A stretch of DNA of 63,012 nt, counting the filler. It is 15 parts of 15 records of this genome, joined end to end, with 100 filler letters (N's around TTAATTAATTAA, not from the genome) between each part and the next. Parts side by side here need not be neighbours in the genome. Positions count along the whole stretch, not along the records: positions 25,411 to 30,461 come from SRR11831586_1780; positions 30,562 to 34,402 come from SRR11831586_1784; positions 34,503 to 40,458 come from SRR11831586_1786; 12 more parts are not named here. One strand, written 5' to 3'. Position 1 is the first letter of the stretch; each line of letters opens with the position of its first letter. A program made the translations under genes and the position numbers. The notes below the pieces were generated by a model that saw only the letters and a list, made by a program, of their open reading frames with translations, was not told the DNA's origin and made no database searches. Positions 25,492 through 36,641 of the stretch are shown in pieces.

Positions 25492-25775
25492 CTTCTCCCG
25501 TCAATGTGGACGTCAAACTGGGCGTCAATAAATTCAATGTCGATGAAGAGCATCCGCACATTGTTGTGAAGGCCGATGCTGATAAACAGGCGCTGGAGCT
25601 GCTGGTGAAAGCGTGCCCCGCAGGTCTGTACAAGAAGCAGGATGACGGCAGTGTGCGCTTCGATTACGCCGGATGTCTGGAGTGCGGCACCTGTCGCATT
25701 CTGGGGCTGGGGTCGGCGCTGGAACAGTGGGAATACCCGCGCGGCACCTTTGGTGTGGAGTTCCGTTACGGCTGA
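25488..25775 (+). CDS. fixX: ferredoxin-like FixX
   Basis: CPAGLY and CLECGTC motifs. Confidence 0.93.
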   Translation: MTSPVNVDVKLGVNKFNVDEEHPHIVVKADADKQALELLVKACPAGLYKKQDDGSVRFDYAGCLECGTCRILGLGSALEQWEYPRGTFGVEFRYG

Positions 25776-25831
25776 TGTTGGTTTGATACGTAACGCCGCA
25801 CTGACTCTCATTGCAAAAAACAGGAATAACC

Positions 25832-27163
25832 ATGCAACCGTCCAGAAACTTTGACGATCTCAAATTCTCCTCTATTCACCGCCGCATTTTGCTGTGGGGA
25901 AGCGGTGGTCCGTTTCTGGATGGTTATGTACTGGTAATGATTGGCGTGGCGCTGGAGCAACTGACGCCGGCGCTGAAACTGGACGCTGACTGGATTGGCT
26001 TGCTGGGCGCGGGAACGCTCGCCGGGCTGTTCGTTGGCACATCGCTGTTTGGTTATATTTCCGATAAAGTCGGACGGCGCAAAATGTTCCTCATTGATAT
26101 CATCGCCATCGGCGTGATATCGGTGGCGACGATGTTTGTTTCATCCCCCGTCGAACTGTTGGTGATGCGGGTACTTATCGGCATTGTCATCGGTGCAGAT
26201 TATCCCATCGCCACCTCAATGATCACCGAGTTCTCCAGTACCCGTCAGCGGGCGTTTTCCATCAGCTTTATTGCCGCGATGTGGTATGTCGGCGCGACCT
26301 GTGCCGATCTGGTCGGCTACTGGCTTTATGATGTGGAAGGCGGCTGGCGCTGGATGCTGGGTAGCGCGGCGATCCCCTGTTTGTTGATTTTGATTGGTCG
26401 ATTCGAACTGCCTGAATCTCCCCGCTGGTTATTACGCAAAGGGCGAGTAAAAGAGTGCGAAGAGATGATGATCAAACTGTTTGGCGAACCGGTGGCTTTC
26501 GATGAAGAGCAGCCGCAGCAAACCCGTTTTCGCGATCTGTTTAATCGCCGCCATTTTCCTTTTGTTCTGTTTGTTGCCGCCATCTGGACCTGCCAGGTGA
26601 TCCCAATGTTCGCCATTTACACCTTTGGCCCGCAAATCGTTGGTTTGTTGGGATTGGGGGTTGGCAAAAACGCGGCACTAGGGAATGTGGTGATTAGCCT
26701 GTTCTTTATGCTCGGCTGTATTCCGCCGATGCTGTGGTTAAACACTGCCGGACGGCGTCCATTGTTGATTGGCAGCTTTGCCATGATGACGCTGGCGCTG
26801 GCGGTTTTGGGGCTAATCCCGGATATGGGGATCTGGCTGGTAGTGATGGCCTTTGCGGTGTATGCCTTTTTCTCTGGCGGGCCGGGTAATTTGCAGTGGC
26901 TCTATCCTAATGAACTCTTCCCGACAGATATCCGCGCCTCTGCCGTGGGCGTGATTATGTCCTTAAGTCGTATTGGCACCATTGTTTCGACCTGGGCACT
27001 ACCGATCTTTATCAATAATTACGGTATCAGTAACACGATGCTAATGGGGGCGGGTATCTCGCTGTTTGGCTTGTTGATTTCCGTAGCGTTTGCCCCGGAG
27101 ACTCGAGGGATGTCACTGGCGCAGACCAGCAATATGACGATCCGCGGGCAGAGAATGGGGTAA
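25832..27163 (+). CDS. yaaU: MFS sugar-porter family transporter YaaU
   Basis: SDKVGRR and PESPRWL motifs, about 12 TM segments. Confidence 0.9.
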   Translation: MQPSRNFDDLKFSSIHRRILLWGSGGPFLDGYVLVMIGVALEQLTPALKLDADWIGLLGAGTLAGLFVGTSLFGYISDKVGRRKMFLIDIIAIGVISVATMFVSSPVELLVMRVLIGIVIGADYPIATSMITEFSSTRQRAFSISFIAAMWYVGATCADLVGYWLYDVEGGWRWMLGSAAIPCLLILIGRFELPESPRWLLRKGRVKECEEMMIKLFGEPVAFDEEQPQQTRFRDLFNRRHFPFVLFVAAIWTCQVIPMFAIYTFGPQIVGLLGLGVGKNAALGNVVISLFFMLGCIPPMLWLNTAGRRPLLIGSFAMMTLALAVLGLIPDMGIWLVVMAFAVYAFFSGGPGNLQWLYPNELFPTDIRASAVGVIMSLSRIGTIVSTWALPIFINNYGISNTMLMGAGISLFGLLISVAFAPETRGMSLAQTSNMTIRGQRMG

Positions 27164-27270
27164 ATTGTTCAGATTTCTCTCTTTTCTGAATCAATATTAT
27201 TGACTATAAGCCGCGTGAATATATGACTACACTTTGTGGGAAAACAAAGGCGTAATCACGCGGGCTACCT

Positions 27271-27793
27271 ATGATTCTTATAATTTATGCGCATCCGTAT
27301 CCGCATCATTCCCATGCGAATAAACGGATGCTTGAACAGGCAAGGACGCTGGAAGGCGTCGAAATTCGCTCTCTTTATCAACTCTATCCTGACTTCAATA
27401 TCGATATTGCCGCCGAGCAGGAGGCGCTGTCTCGCGCCGATCTGATCGTCTGGCAGCATCCGATGCAGTGGTACAGCATTCCTCCGCTCCTCAAACTTTG
27501 GATCGATAAAGTTTTCTCCCACGGCTGGGCTTACGGTCATGGCGGCACGGCGCTGCATGGCAAACATTTGCTGTGGGCGGTGACGACCGGCGGCGGGGAA
27601 AGCCATTTTGAAATTGGTGCGCATCCGGGCTTTGATGTGCTGTCGCAGCCGCTACAGGCGACGGCAATCTACTGCGGGCTGAACTGGCTGCCACCGTTTG
27701 CCATGCACTGCACCTTTATTTGTGACGACGAAACCCTCGAAGGGCAGGCGCGTCACTATAAGCAACGTCTGCTGGAATGGCAGGAGGCCCATC

Positions 27794-27801
<8 letters not shown>
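27271..27801 (+). CDS. kefF: KefC ancillary quinone reductase KefF
   Basis: flavodoxin-2 motif [17 protein letters not shown]; overlaps kefC. Confidence 0.95.
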
Positions 27802-30327
<2,526 letters not shown>

Positions 30328-30351
30328 TTTTGTATAGAATTTACGGCTAGC

Positions 30352-30386
30352 GCCGGATGCGACGCCGGTCGCGTCTTATCCGGCCT
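30352..30386. repeat. REP element downstream of folA
   Basis: GCCGGATGCGACGC...GCGTCTTATCCGGCCT. Confidence 0.85.
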
Positions 30387-30461
30387 TCCTATATCAGGCT
30401 GTGTTTAAGACGCCGCCGCTTCGCCCAAATCCTTATGCCGGTTCGACGGCTGGACAAAATA

Positions 30462-30561
30462 NNNNNNNNNNNNNNNNNNNNNNNNNNNNNNNNNNNNNNN
30501 NNNNNTTAATTAATTAANNNNNNNNNNNNNNNNNNNNNNNNNNNNNNNNNNNNNNNNNNNN
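30462..30561. other. artificial contig linker
   Basis: 44 N + TTAATTAATTAA + 44 N. Confidence 0.99.
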
Positions 30562-30966
30562 TTCTTCAAAGCGCAGTTCAGGGTAAGCACCTACTGTCTT
30601 GAAATGGCCGCAATCCCACTGGCCACCATGCAGATCAGGCGGATTGGTCTCGCCGCAGCTGATGCATGGCAAATCGGCGTCGCGCGCACGGATAAAGGCG
30701 TTGAAAGCTTTCTGAGCCTGAGCCTTGTAGTATCCGTCTGGCCTGAGCTCTGCCAGCCGCTCCTTGCGGCGTTTGCGCCCGTCCTTTTCAGCCTCTTTTT
30801 GCTCCTTGATGCGCTTAGCCGCGGCTTTCACCTTCTCCTTCTTGCGTTCTTCCATTGCGAGGATTGCGCCATGCTCCGGGCTGCACCACCGGATCCGGAT
30901 GTCGTGGAATTTCGGCACGAAGTATTCACCGCATACTTTGCACTTACGGCGGGATGGTTTACGCAT
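30562..30966 (-). CDS. ninG: NinG/Rap recombination endonuclease, 3'-truncated
   Basis: CKVC Zn motif, [20 protein letters not shown]...WDCGH. Confidence 0.88.
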
Positions 30967-31627
30967 GGGCACCACCTTGAACCTGTACCAGCGTGAGGTT
31001 TCCGCAGAACACGGCACCAGTATCGATGTACATCTGGTTGGCATACTTCAGGGGCTGGCGCGCAGGGGTGTGGCCGAAGATAAACAGATCAGCACCAGCT
31101 ATCGGCGAGACAATGCCGTCCTGAGCGTCGCTAACCCGTTCACGATTCCAGATGACCATGTCTTTCGGGACCGGCTTGTCGAACGCATATTCGTTATGCG
31201 GGTAGTCAGCGTGGCAGATAACGATTTTACGTTCAGCGGTAACCAGCTCGATGACGAATGGCAGGCTGGCCGATTTATGAACCAGAGCCTTAGCCAGCAC
31301 CTCTTTTTCATAATCAAGACTGAAGAACCACACGCCGCCGTTTTCCAGCCAGTGGTTAACGTTTCCATACTCCGATAGCCCATCAATCATCATCTGCTCA
31401 TGGTTACCTCGCACAGCCCGGAACCAAGGCATAGTAATCAGCTCCAGGCACTCGACGTTTTCCGCGCCGCGGTCAACAAGGTCTCCAACCGAAATCAGCA
31501 AATCACACGCAGGGTCGAACGAAACCTTTTCGAGTTCATTCATCAGCAGCGTGTAGCACCCATGCAGATCGCCGACGACGAAAATATTGCGCCAGTCAGC
31601 GCCATTAATGCGTTGATACATGCTCAT
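30959..31627 (-). CDS. phage Ser/Thr protein phosphatase (lambda NinI/orf221 homologue), 222 aa
   Basis: GDLHG, GDLVDRG, RGNHE, GHTP and IDTGAVF PPP-family motifs. Confidence 0.93.
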   Translation of the reverse strand: MSMYQRINGADWRNIFVVGDLHGCYTLLMNELEKVSFDPACDLLISVGDLVDRGAENVECLELITMPWFRAVRGNHEQMMIDGLSEYGNVNHWLENGGVWFFSLDYEKEVLAKALVHKSASLPFVIELVTAERKIVICHADYPHNEYAFDKPVPKDMVIWNRERVSDAQDGIVSPIAGADLFIFGHTPARQPLKYANQMYIDTGAVFCGNLTLVQVQGGAHA

Positions 31628-31794
31628 GCAGATTTTCTCCTCGCCGCGAGTCGCAGCCATTTCTGATCCACCAGGCGGGCGGTGTAGTCTTTCAGGGTCG
31701 GGATATCGGATGGCTTAACCGCGGGCTTAGGCTTGCGGCGCGCCGGAACGCGAAAGATTTCGTTTGTGATGACGCGGGAAAGTGGAGTTGACAT
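31624..31794 (-). CDS. ninE: NinE-like 56-aa protein [56 protein letters not shown] (not in ORF track)
   Basis: manual translation; TGATG and ATGA overlaps with neighbours; [22 protein letters not shown] motif. Confidence 0.82.
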   Translation of the reverse strand: MSTPLSRVITNEIFRVPARRKPKPAVKPSDIPTLKDYTARLVDQKWLRLAARRKSA

Positions 31795-32250
31795 CAGGCC
31801 TCCTGCTTATCGCGCAGCACCTGAAATTCGCTGCTTTGAGGGATTGTGAGCACCAGGCCAAACTGAGCGCACCAGCCTTCCACCTGGCACATGAAATGGT
31901 GCATGTCGCCAGTGTCCAGATCGGACGTGTGGCGGAGTTCTAATTCAATCGTCTTAATTCCGGTGACGAAATCGGTGTACTCAACCTCTTCATAACCCAG
32001 ATAAGTTTTTTTGAGGTTTCGCTTTACCCATGCAGGCGTTGCGTCAGTGCGCCCAGACTTGATCAGGTAGTCGCTTATTTCCTTGTACCAAACGTGGCTC
32101 AGACTATTTTGTGAAAGGCTTCTCTTCTCGCGCCAGTCTTTAGAGTTGGAGCCGGAAGCACTCACCGTTTTCGAGAAGTGGCTTCAGATGCTGAGTGATA
32201 GCACCAAGATTTCCACGGTGTAGCTTGATGCCGTCTTTGGGGATAATCAT
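31794..32250 (-). CDS. NinB/YbcN-like DNA-binding protein, 151 codons, broken by a +1 base at 32142
   Basis: MIIPKDGIKLHRGN..ECFRLQL then shift to KDWREKRSLSQN...LRHTSDLDTG...RDKQEA; span 457 = 456+1. Confidence 0.85.
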
Positions 32251-32342
32251 ACGGCCTCCTTGACGGAAACCGAAGAATACAGAAAATCGCAGGTGCATTT
32301 CTGCATCTGTGACAAGGTGAGAAGTTCATATTGTGGTCGCAT
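32247..32342 (-). CDS. 31-aa leader ORF MRPQYELLTLSQMQKCTCDFLYSSVSVKEAV (YlcH-like), coupled to the NinB-like gene
   Basis: manual translation; AAGGGGA Shine-Dalgarno; stop overlaps next start (ATGA). Confidence 0.6.
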   Translation of the reverse strand: MRPQYELLTLSQMQKCTCDFLYSSVSVKEAV

Positions 32343-32400
32343 TTAAGTCCCCTTAAATGCGCAGAAGTCTGCCAGGGTTGTTCAGGCCGCTGGCAGATTT

Positions 32401-32429
32401 ATTATGGCTCGTTGATAGTGTTTTATCAA
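32401..32429 (-). promoter_or_regulatory. candidate sigma70 promoter for the nin leader
   Basis: minus strand TTGATA (32429-32424)-17nt-CATAAT (32406-32401). Confidence 0.6.
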
Positions 32430-32470
32430 ACGTTGCTTGACGTTTAGTTATGCGTCGAATGGGTTCTGCA

Positions 32471-33190
32471 TCACTTCACCTTCCACTGCGGTGCTACTGC
32501 AATCATCGCGCGGTATGCAGCCTGCATGTCGTTGTCATCATCGTCTGTGTACGGAGCCGAATCCCATGCTGCACGCATATCCGGAGTAAGCTCAACCGGC
32601 ACCATCACCCAACCATCTGGAATCACCGGAGAGTTGCCACCCTGAACAGTAGGCATATCCGGACCTTTGCGAATCGCCCTGGCAAGTTCGATTTGGTCGT
32701 CGTACAACCAGTCACCTGTTTGCGGATGATTGGCTTCTGCCAATTGTGCAGCCCACTCCAGGCCGTCTTTGTGTCCTTGCAGATAGTCCAGCGGTAACTC
32801 ATCACTATTACTTACAGGTTCGGCCTGAAGCATGGCGGCGCGATAGGCGTTCCAGCCGACAGCTTTTCCGTGTTCAAACGCGCTGTCAAAGTCATCATCA
32901 ATTTCCATCGCAGCGGGCACAGATACCGGCGCTGGCGGGGCGGTGTAAAGCGGCGTTACTTCTCGCAGCTGGGCGGCATAAGCATTGCCACTATCGAAGC
33001 TGACGTTGTTTTTTGCGCCGCCGCCTGACAGTAGCCACGCCACAGGCTCCGCTTCGAGCGATGCCAGCGCTAGCTTCATCGCAGCGAGCGCCATCGCCGC
33101 GTCTTCGTTCACTGCGCCTGGCGTAGCATCTCGCTCTTCTTCAAGCTCCGCGATAGTCTTCAGTAGCCATTCTTTGGTAATGGTGCTCAT
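32471..33190 (-). CDS. mosaic phage Eaa-like hypothetical protein, 239 aa
   Basis: LASLEAEPVAW...LYTAPPAP and SPVIPDGWVMVP.E.T..M modules typical of lambdoid Eaa-type proteins; GAGGA RBS. Confidence 0.7.
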   Translation of the reverse strand: MSTITKEWLLKTIAELEEERDATPGAVNEDAAMALAAMKLALASLEAEPVAWLLSGGGAKNNVSFDSGNAYAAQLREVTPLYTAPPAPVSVPAAMEIDDDFDSAFEHGKAVGWNAYRAAMLQAEPVSNSDELPLDYLQGHKDGLEWAAQLAEANHPQTGDWLYDDQIELARAIRKGPDMPTVQGGNSPVIPDGWVMVPVELTPDMRAAWDSAPYTDDDDNDMQAAYRAMIAVAPQWKVK

Positions 33191-33252
33191 GGGTTAGTCC
33201 TCAGTATCCTACGCAGGGCTGCAAGAATCTGCCCGCGGATTGTTATGTTCAT
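33187..33252 (-). CDS. 21-aa stub MNITIRGQILAALRRILRTNP between P and the Eaa-like gene
   Basis: ATG 1 nt after the P stop; stop overlaps next ATG (ATGA). Confidence 0.35.
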   Translation of the reverse strand: MNITIRGQILAALRRILRTNP

Positions 33253-33253
33253 G

Positions 33254-33943
33254 TCACACCATCCCGTTCGACTTGTTGCGGTTGTACTTGGCCAGCAGCA
33301 GCTGGATCGGCGTCGGCCCTTGCTCGGCAGCTGGTGCGGCAATAGCCCGGCGTACCGGCGGCACTGGCTTACCCTCGGTGACGCGCCTTTCCCACATGTC
33401 CAGCAGATCGCCTGCCTCGCGTGCCAGTTCACCATGCGTTAACTGGCGCTCGGTGCTGCGGTGGCGCAATTCTACGCAAATGTGGTACATGACCGGCTGC
33501 GACCATGGAAATTGCTCGCTGGAGATGAATTCGAACGAACGATTACGCCATTCCCAGTACTCGGCGATCACCTGGTCAACGTTGACGCCCAGCGCGCCGC
33601 CGCTCTGCTTGCACCAGGCGACGAACTGGCCCGGCGACGGCAGGAATGGGCGCTCCTGGCGGCGGGCAATGCGCATGCCGGCATCGACCTGAGCCATGGT
33701 GTGGATCCCGTTCTCCTGAAACGCCAGCAGCCACTGACGGCGGAATTCGTTCAGGTCTTCCTGGGTGCGGAAGTTCGCCATGCTGGCCGGGAACGCGGCG
33801 CGCAGCTCGTTGAACAGCTTGTTGAATACCTGCGCCACCTGCTCGACCGGCGCGCACTCCTGGTACTGCTCTGGCAGGTTATGGGCCATGCGGCTCATCT
33901 GCTCGCGGTCGTGGTTACGCATCTGCTCTGCAAGAGATTTCAT
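33254..33943 (-). CDS. replication protein P (DnaB helicase loader), lambda P family
   Basis: RRQW.LAF.ENGI.T..QV.AGMR.ARRQ.RPFLPSPGQFVAWC shared with lambda P; 229 aa. Confidence 0.92.
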   Translation of the reverse strand: MKSLAEQMRNHDREQMSRMAHNLPEQYQECAPVEQVAQVFNKLFNELRAAFPASMANFRTQEDLNEFRRQWLLAFQENGIHTMAQVDAGMRIARRQERPFLPSPGQFVAWCKQSGGALGVNVDQVIAEYWEWRNRSFEFISSEQFPWSQPVMYHICVELRHRSTERQLTHGELAREAGDLLDMWERRVTEGKPVPPVRRAIAAPAAEQGPTPIQLLLAKYNRNKSNGMV

Positions 33944-34401
33944 CGGATCACCCCATAGGCCCAGTCAGTGTTGTTGAAGTCCAGATCTGGCTTGACAGCG
34001 CGCTGCTCACCTCCGGCGTTACGCTGCATTGTCAGCTTGTCCCACTGCTTACGCAGGCTTTCGGGACTCAGGATGTTGGTCTGCCAGAAGTGGTGTTTGC
34101 TAGCCCAGTCATACAGCGCGCAGATGTCCTGGTGCGACCGGTTGTCTATCTGGCGCATCAGGCGAACAGTGTTAGACCAGGAGGTCATGTCCGGGGCTTT
34201 GCAGGTTGGGTTAATCAGCTTCACCCTGGAGGAAATCCACTTAGCTGTCTCGAGGTCTTCAGCAGAGCCCCACTTCGCACCGGATGGTGTGTAGACCGCA
34301 GCTTCAGGATGAGTTGATAAAAATTTCTTCAGACGTGCGTCAGAGGATTCGTCAGAATTCTCGGACGAAGATCTTTTAATACTGTTCTTGTTCTTGTATT
34401 G
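33940..34401 (-). CDS. replication initiator O, C-terminal 153 codons (5'-truncated)
   Basis: open frame to contig end: SSENSDESSD...SGAKWGSAEDL...FWQTNILSPESLRKQWDKL...LDFNNTDW, as in the lambda O C-terminus. Confidence 0.9.
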   Translation of the reverse strand, partial: QYKNKNSIKRSSSENSDESSDARLKKFLSTHPEAAVYTPSGAKWGSAEDLETAKWISSRVKLINPTCKAPDMTSWSNTVRLMRQIDNRSHQDICALYDWASKHHFWQTNILSPESLRKQWDKLTMQRNAGGEQRAVKPDLDFNNTDWAYGVIR

Positions 34402-34402
34402 G

Positions 34403-34502
34403 NNNNNNNNNNNNNNNNNNNNNNNNNNNNNNNNNNNNNNNNNNNNTTAATTAATTAANNNNNNNNNNNNNNNNNNNNNNNNNNNNNNNNNNNNNNNNNN
34501 NN
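34403..34502. other. artificial contig linker
   Basis: 44 N + TTAATTAATTAA + 44 N. Confidence 0.99.
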
Positions 34503-34753
34503 GTCGTGATGCACAGGCCAGCGGGCAACAGTGGGGCGAAGCCGATCTGGCACGCATGAAGGCGCTTTCAGATATCGGCCTTGAGCTTTCCATTACTGGC
34601 GGGATTACCCCTGCTGACCTGCCGCTGTTTAAAGATATCCGCGTGAAAGCGTTTATTGCCGGGCGGGCACTGGCAGGCGCGGCAAATCCGGCGCAAGTGG
34701 CTGGCGATTTCCATGCGCAAATCGACGCTATCTGGGGAGGTGCGCGTGCGTAA
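34503..34753 (+). CDS. sgbH: 3-keto-L-gulonate-6-phosphate decarboxylase SgbH, 3' part
   Basis: RDAQASG..., SITGGI, FIAGRAL; upstream of sgbU. Confidence 0.88.
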
Positions 34754-35606
34754 TCATCAGTTAGGGATTTATGAAAAAGCGCTGGCGAAAGATCTCTCCT
34801 GGCCGGAGCGGCTGGTGCTGGCAAAAAGCTGCGGTTTTGATTTTGTCGAAATGTCGGTGGATGAAACCGACGAACGGCTCTCACGTCTTGACTGGAGCGC
34901 CGCACAAAGGACTTCGCTGGTTGCCGCGATGATCGAAACAGGTGTTGGGATCCCGTCGATGTGCCTGTCCGCACATCGTCGCTTTCCCTTTGGTAGCCGT
35001 GACGAGGCAGTGCGCGAACGGGCGCGGGAAATCATGAGTAAAGCGATTCGCCTGGCGCGCGATCTCGGCATTCGCACCATCCAGCTGGCAGGTTATGACG
35101 TCTATTACGAAGACCACGACGAAGGCACCCGGCAACGTTTTGCTGAAGGGCTGGCGTGGGCAGTCGAACAGGCGGCGGCATCACAAGTAATGCTGGCGGT
35201 GGAGATTATGGATACCGCGTTTATGAACTCCATCAGCAAATGGAAAAAATGGGACGAGATGCTCGCCTCACCGTGGTTCACCGTCTACCCGGACGTCGGC
35301 AACCTCAGCGCCTGGGGCAATGATGTTCCCGCCGAACTGAAACTGGGCATTGACCGTATCGCCGCGATCCACCTGAAAGACACCCAGCCAGTCACCGGGC
35401 AAAGTCCCGGACAGTTCCGCGACGTGCCGTTTGGCGAAGGCTGCGTCGATTTCGTTGGCATCTTCAAAACGCTGCATAAACTGAACTATCGCGGTTCTTT
35501 CCTGATTGAGATGTGGACCGAAAAAGCCAAAGAGCCGGTGCTGGAGATTATTCAGGCGCGGCGTTGGATTGAAGCGCGTATGCAGGAGGCTGGATTTATA
35601 TGTTAG
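34746..35606 (+). CDS. sgbU: L-xylulose-5-phosphate 3-epimerase SgbU
   Basis: [29 protein letters not shown] start. Confidence 0.92.
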   Translation: MRNHQLGIYEKALAKDLSWPERLVLAKSCGFDFVEMSVDETDERLSRLDWSAAQRTSLVAAMIETGVGIPSMCLSAHRRFPFGSRDEAVRERAREIMSKAIRLARDLGIRTIQLAGYDVYYEDHDEGTRQRFAEGLAWAVEQAAASQVMLAVEIMDTAFMNSISKWKKWDEMLASPWFTVYPDVGNLSAWGNDVPAELKLGIDRIAAIHLKDTQPVTGQSPGQFRDVPFGEGCVDFVGIFKTLHKLNYRGSFLIEMWTEKAKEPVLEIIQARRWIEARMQEAGFIC

Positions 35607-36295
35607 AGCAACTGAAAGCCGACGTGCTGGCGGCGAATCTGGCGCTTCCCGCTCACCATCTGGTGACGTTCACCTGGGGCAATGTCAGCGCGGTAGACGA
35701 AACGCGGCAATGGATGGTAATCAAACCTTCCGGCGTCGAGTACGACGTGATGACCGCCGACGATATGGTGGTGGTTGAGATAGCCAGCGGTAAGGTGGTG
35801 GAAGGCAGCAAAAAACCCTCTTCCGATACACCAACGCATCTGGCGCTCTACCGTCGCTATGCCGAAATTGGCGGTATTGTGCATACCCACTCGCGCCACG
35901 CCACCATCTGGTCACAGGCCGGGCTGGATCTCCCCGCCTGGGGCACCACCCACGCCGATTATTTTTACGGTGCCATCCCCTGCACGCGACAGATGACCGC
36001 AGAGGAGATTAACGGCGAATATGAATATCAGACCGGCGAAGTGATCATTGAAACCTTCGAAGAACGTGGCAGGAGTCCGGCACAAATCCCGGCGGTGCTG
36101 GTGCATTCTCACGGCCCGTTCGCATGGGGTAAAAACGCCGCCGATGCCGTGCATAACGCCGTAGTACTCGAAGAATGCGCCTATATGGGTCTATTCTCGC
36201 GCCAGCTTGCGCCGCAGCTCCCTGCGATGCAAAACGAACTGCTGGATAAGCACTACCTGCGTAAGCATGGGGCCAATGCCTATTACGGGCAGTAA
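35600..36295 (+). CDS. sgbE: L-ribulose-5-phosphate 4-epimerase SgbE
   Basis: [19 protein letters not shown] class II aldolase motifs. Confidence 0.94.
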
Positions 36296-36303
36296 TCCCT
36301 CAC

Positions 36304-36325
36304 GCCGGGGCTTCATCGCCCCGGC
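36304..36325. terminator. hairpin between sgbE and the convergent AraC remnant
   Basis: GCCGGGGC-TTCATC-GCCCCGGC. Confidence 0.6.
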
Positions 36326-36326
36326 A

Positions 36327-36428
36327 CTACGAATTGATATGTTCCTTGCTGTAACGCCGCTTCCACGCTGCTGGCGTTAAACCAGTATGTTTCTGAAAAA
36401 TCTGCCGGAAATAGCCAACGTCATTAAA
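36327..36428 (-). pseudogene. C-terminal remnant of an AraC-family regulator (FNDVGYFRQIFQKHTGLTPAAWKRRYSKEHINS*)
   Basis: manual translation gives the AraC second-HTH signature F....YF...F.K.TG.TP; no N-terminus. Confidence 0.75.
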
Positions 36429-36431
36429 CCG

Positions 36432-36623
36432 TATTGCATGGAGCAGGCCGACAACGTCGAGTCACTGCATAACCTGTTGCTGCCCGCCGATGCGCCATTT
36501 ACGACATTTGAAGGCAAGGGATTGTTCAGCCATAAGATCCTGATTCAGACGCCAGGTTCCCGGTATGAACAGAGCAATCCAGAGCAACAACCTTTGTGGC
36601 ATTACGACGGAGCACCAGCCGCA
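36432..36623 (+). pseudogene. internal fragment of a GH127-like glycoside hydrolase gene
   Basis: YCMEQADN..SLHNL.LP resembles the GH127 motif (RGPLV)YCLEQADN; frame runs into yiaT. Confidence 0.55.
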
Positions 36624-36641
36624 CCGACATCCACCGGTGAA

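Larger units (their letters stand above)
30562..34402 (-). mobile_element. lambdoid (probably phi80-like) phage fragment: replication and nin region
   Basis: O, P, NinB/YbcN, NinE, lambda-type phosphatase and NinG homologues, all on the minus strand with coupled starts and stops; no host junction or integrase visible. Confidence 0.92.
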
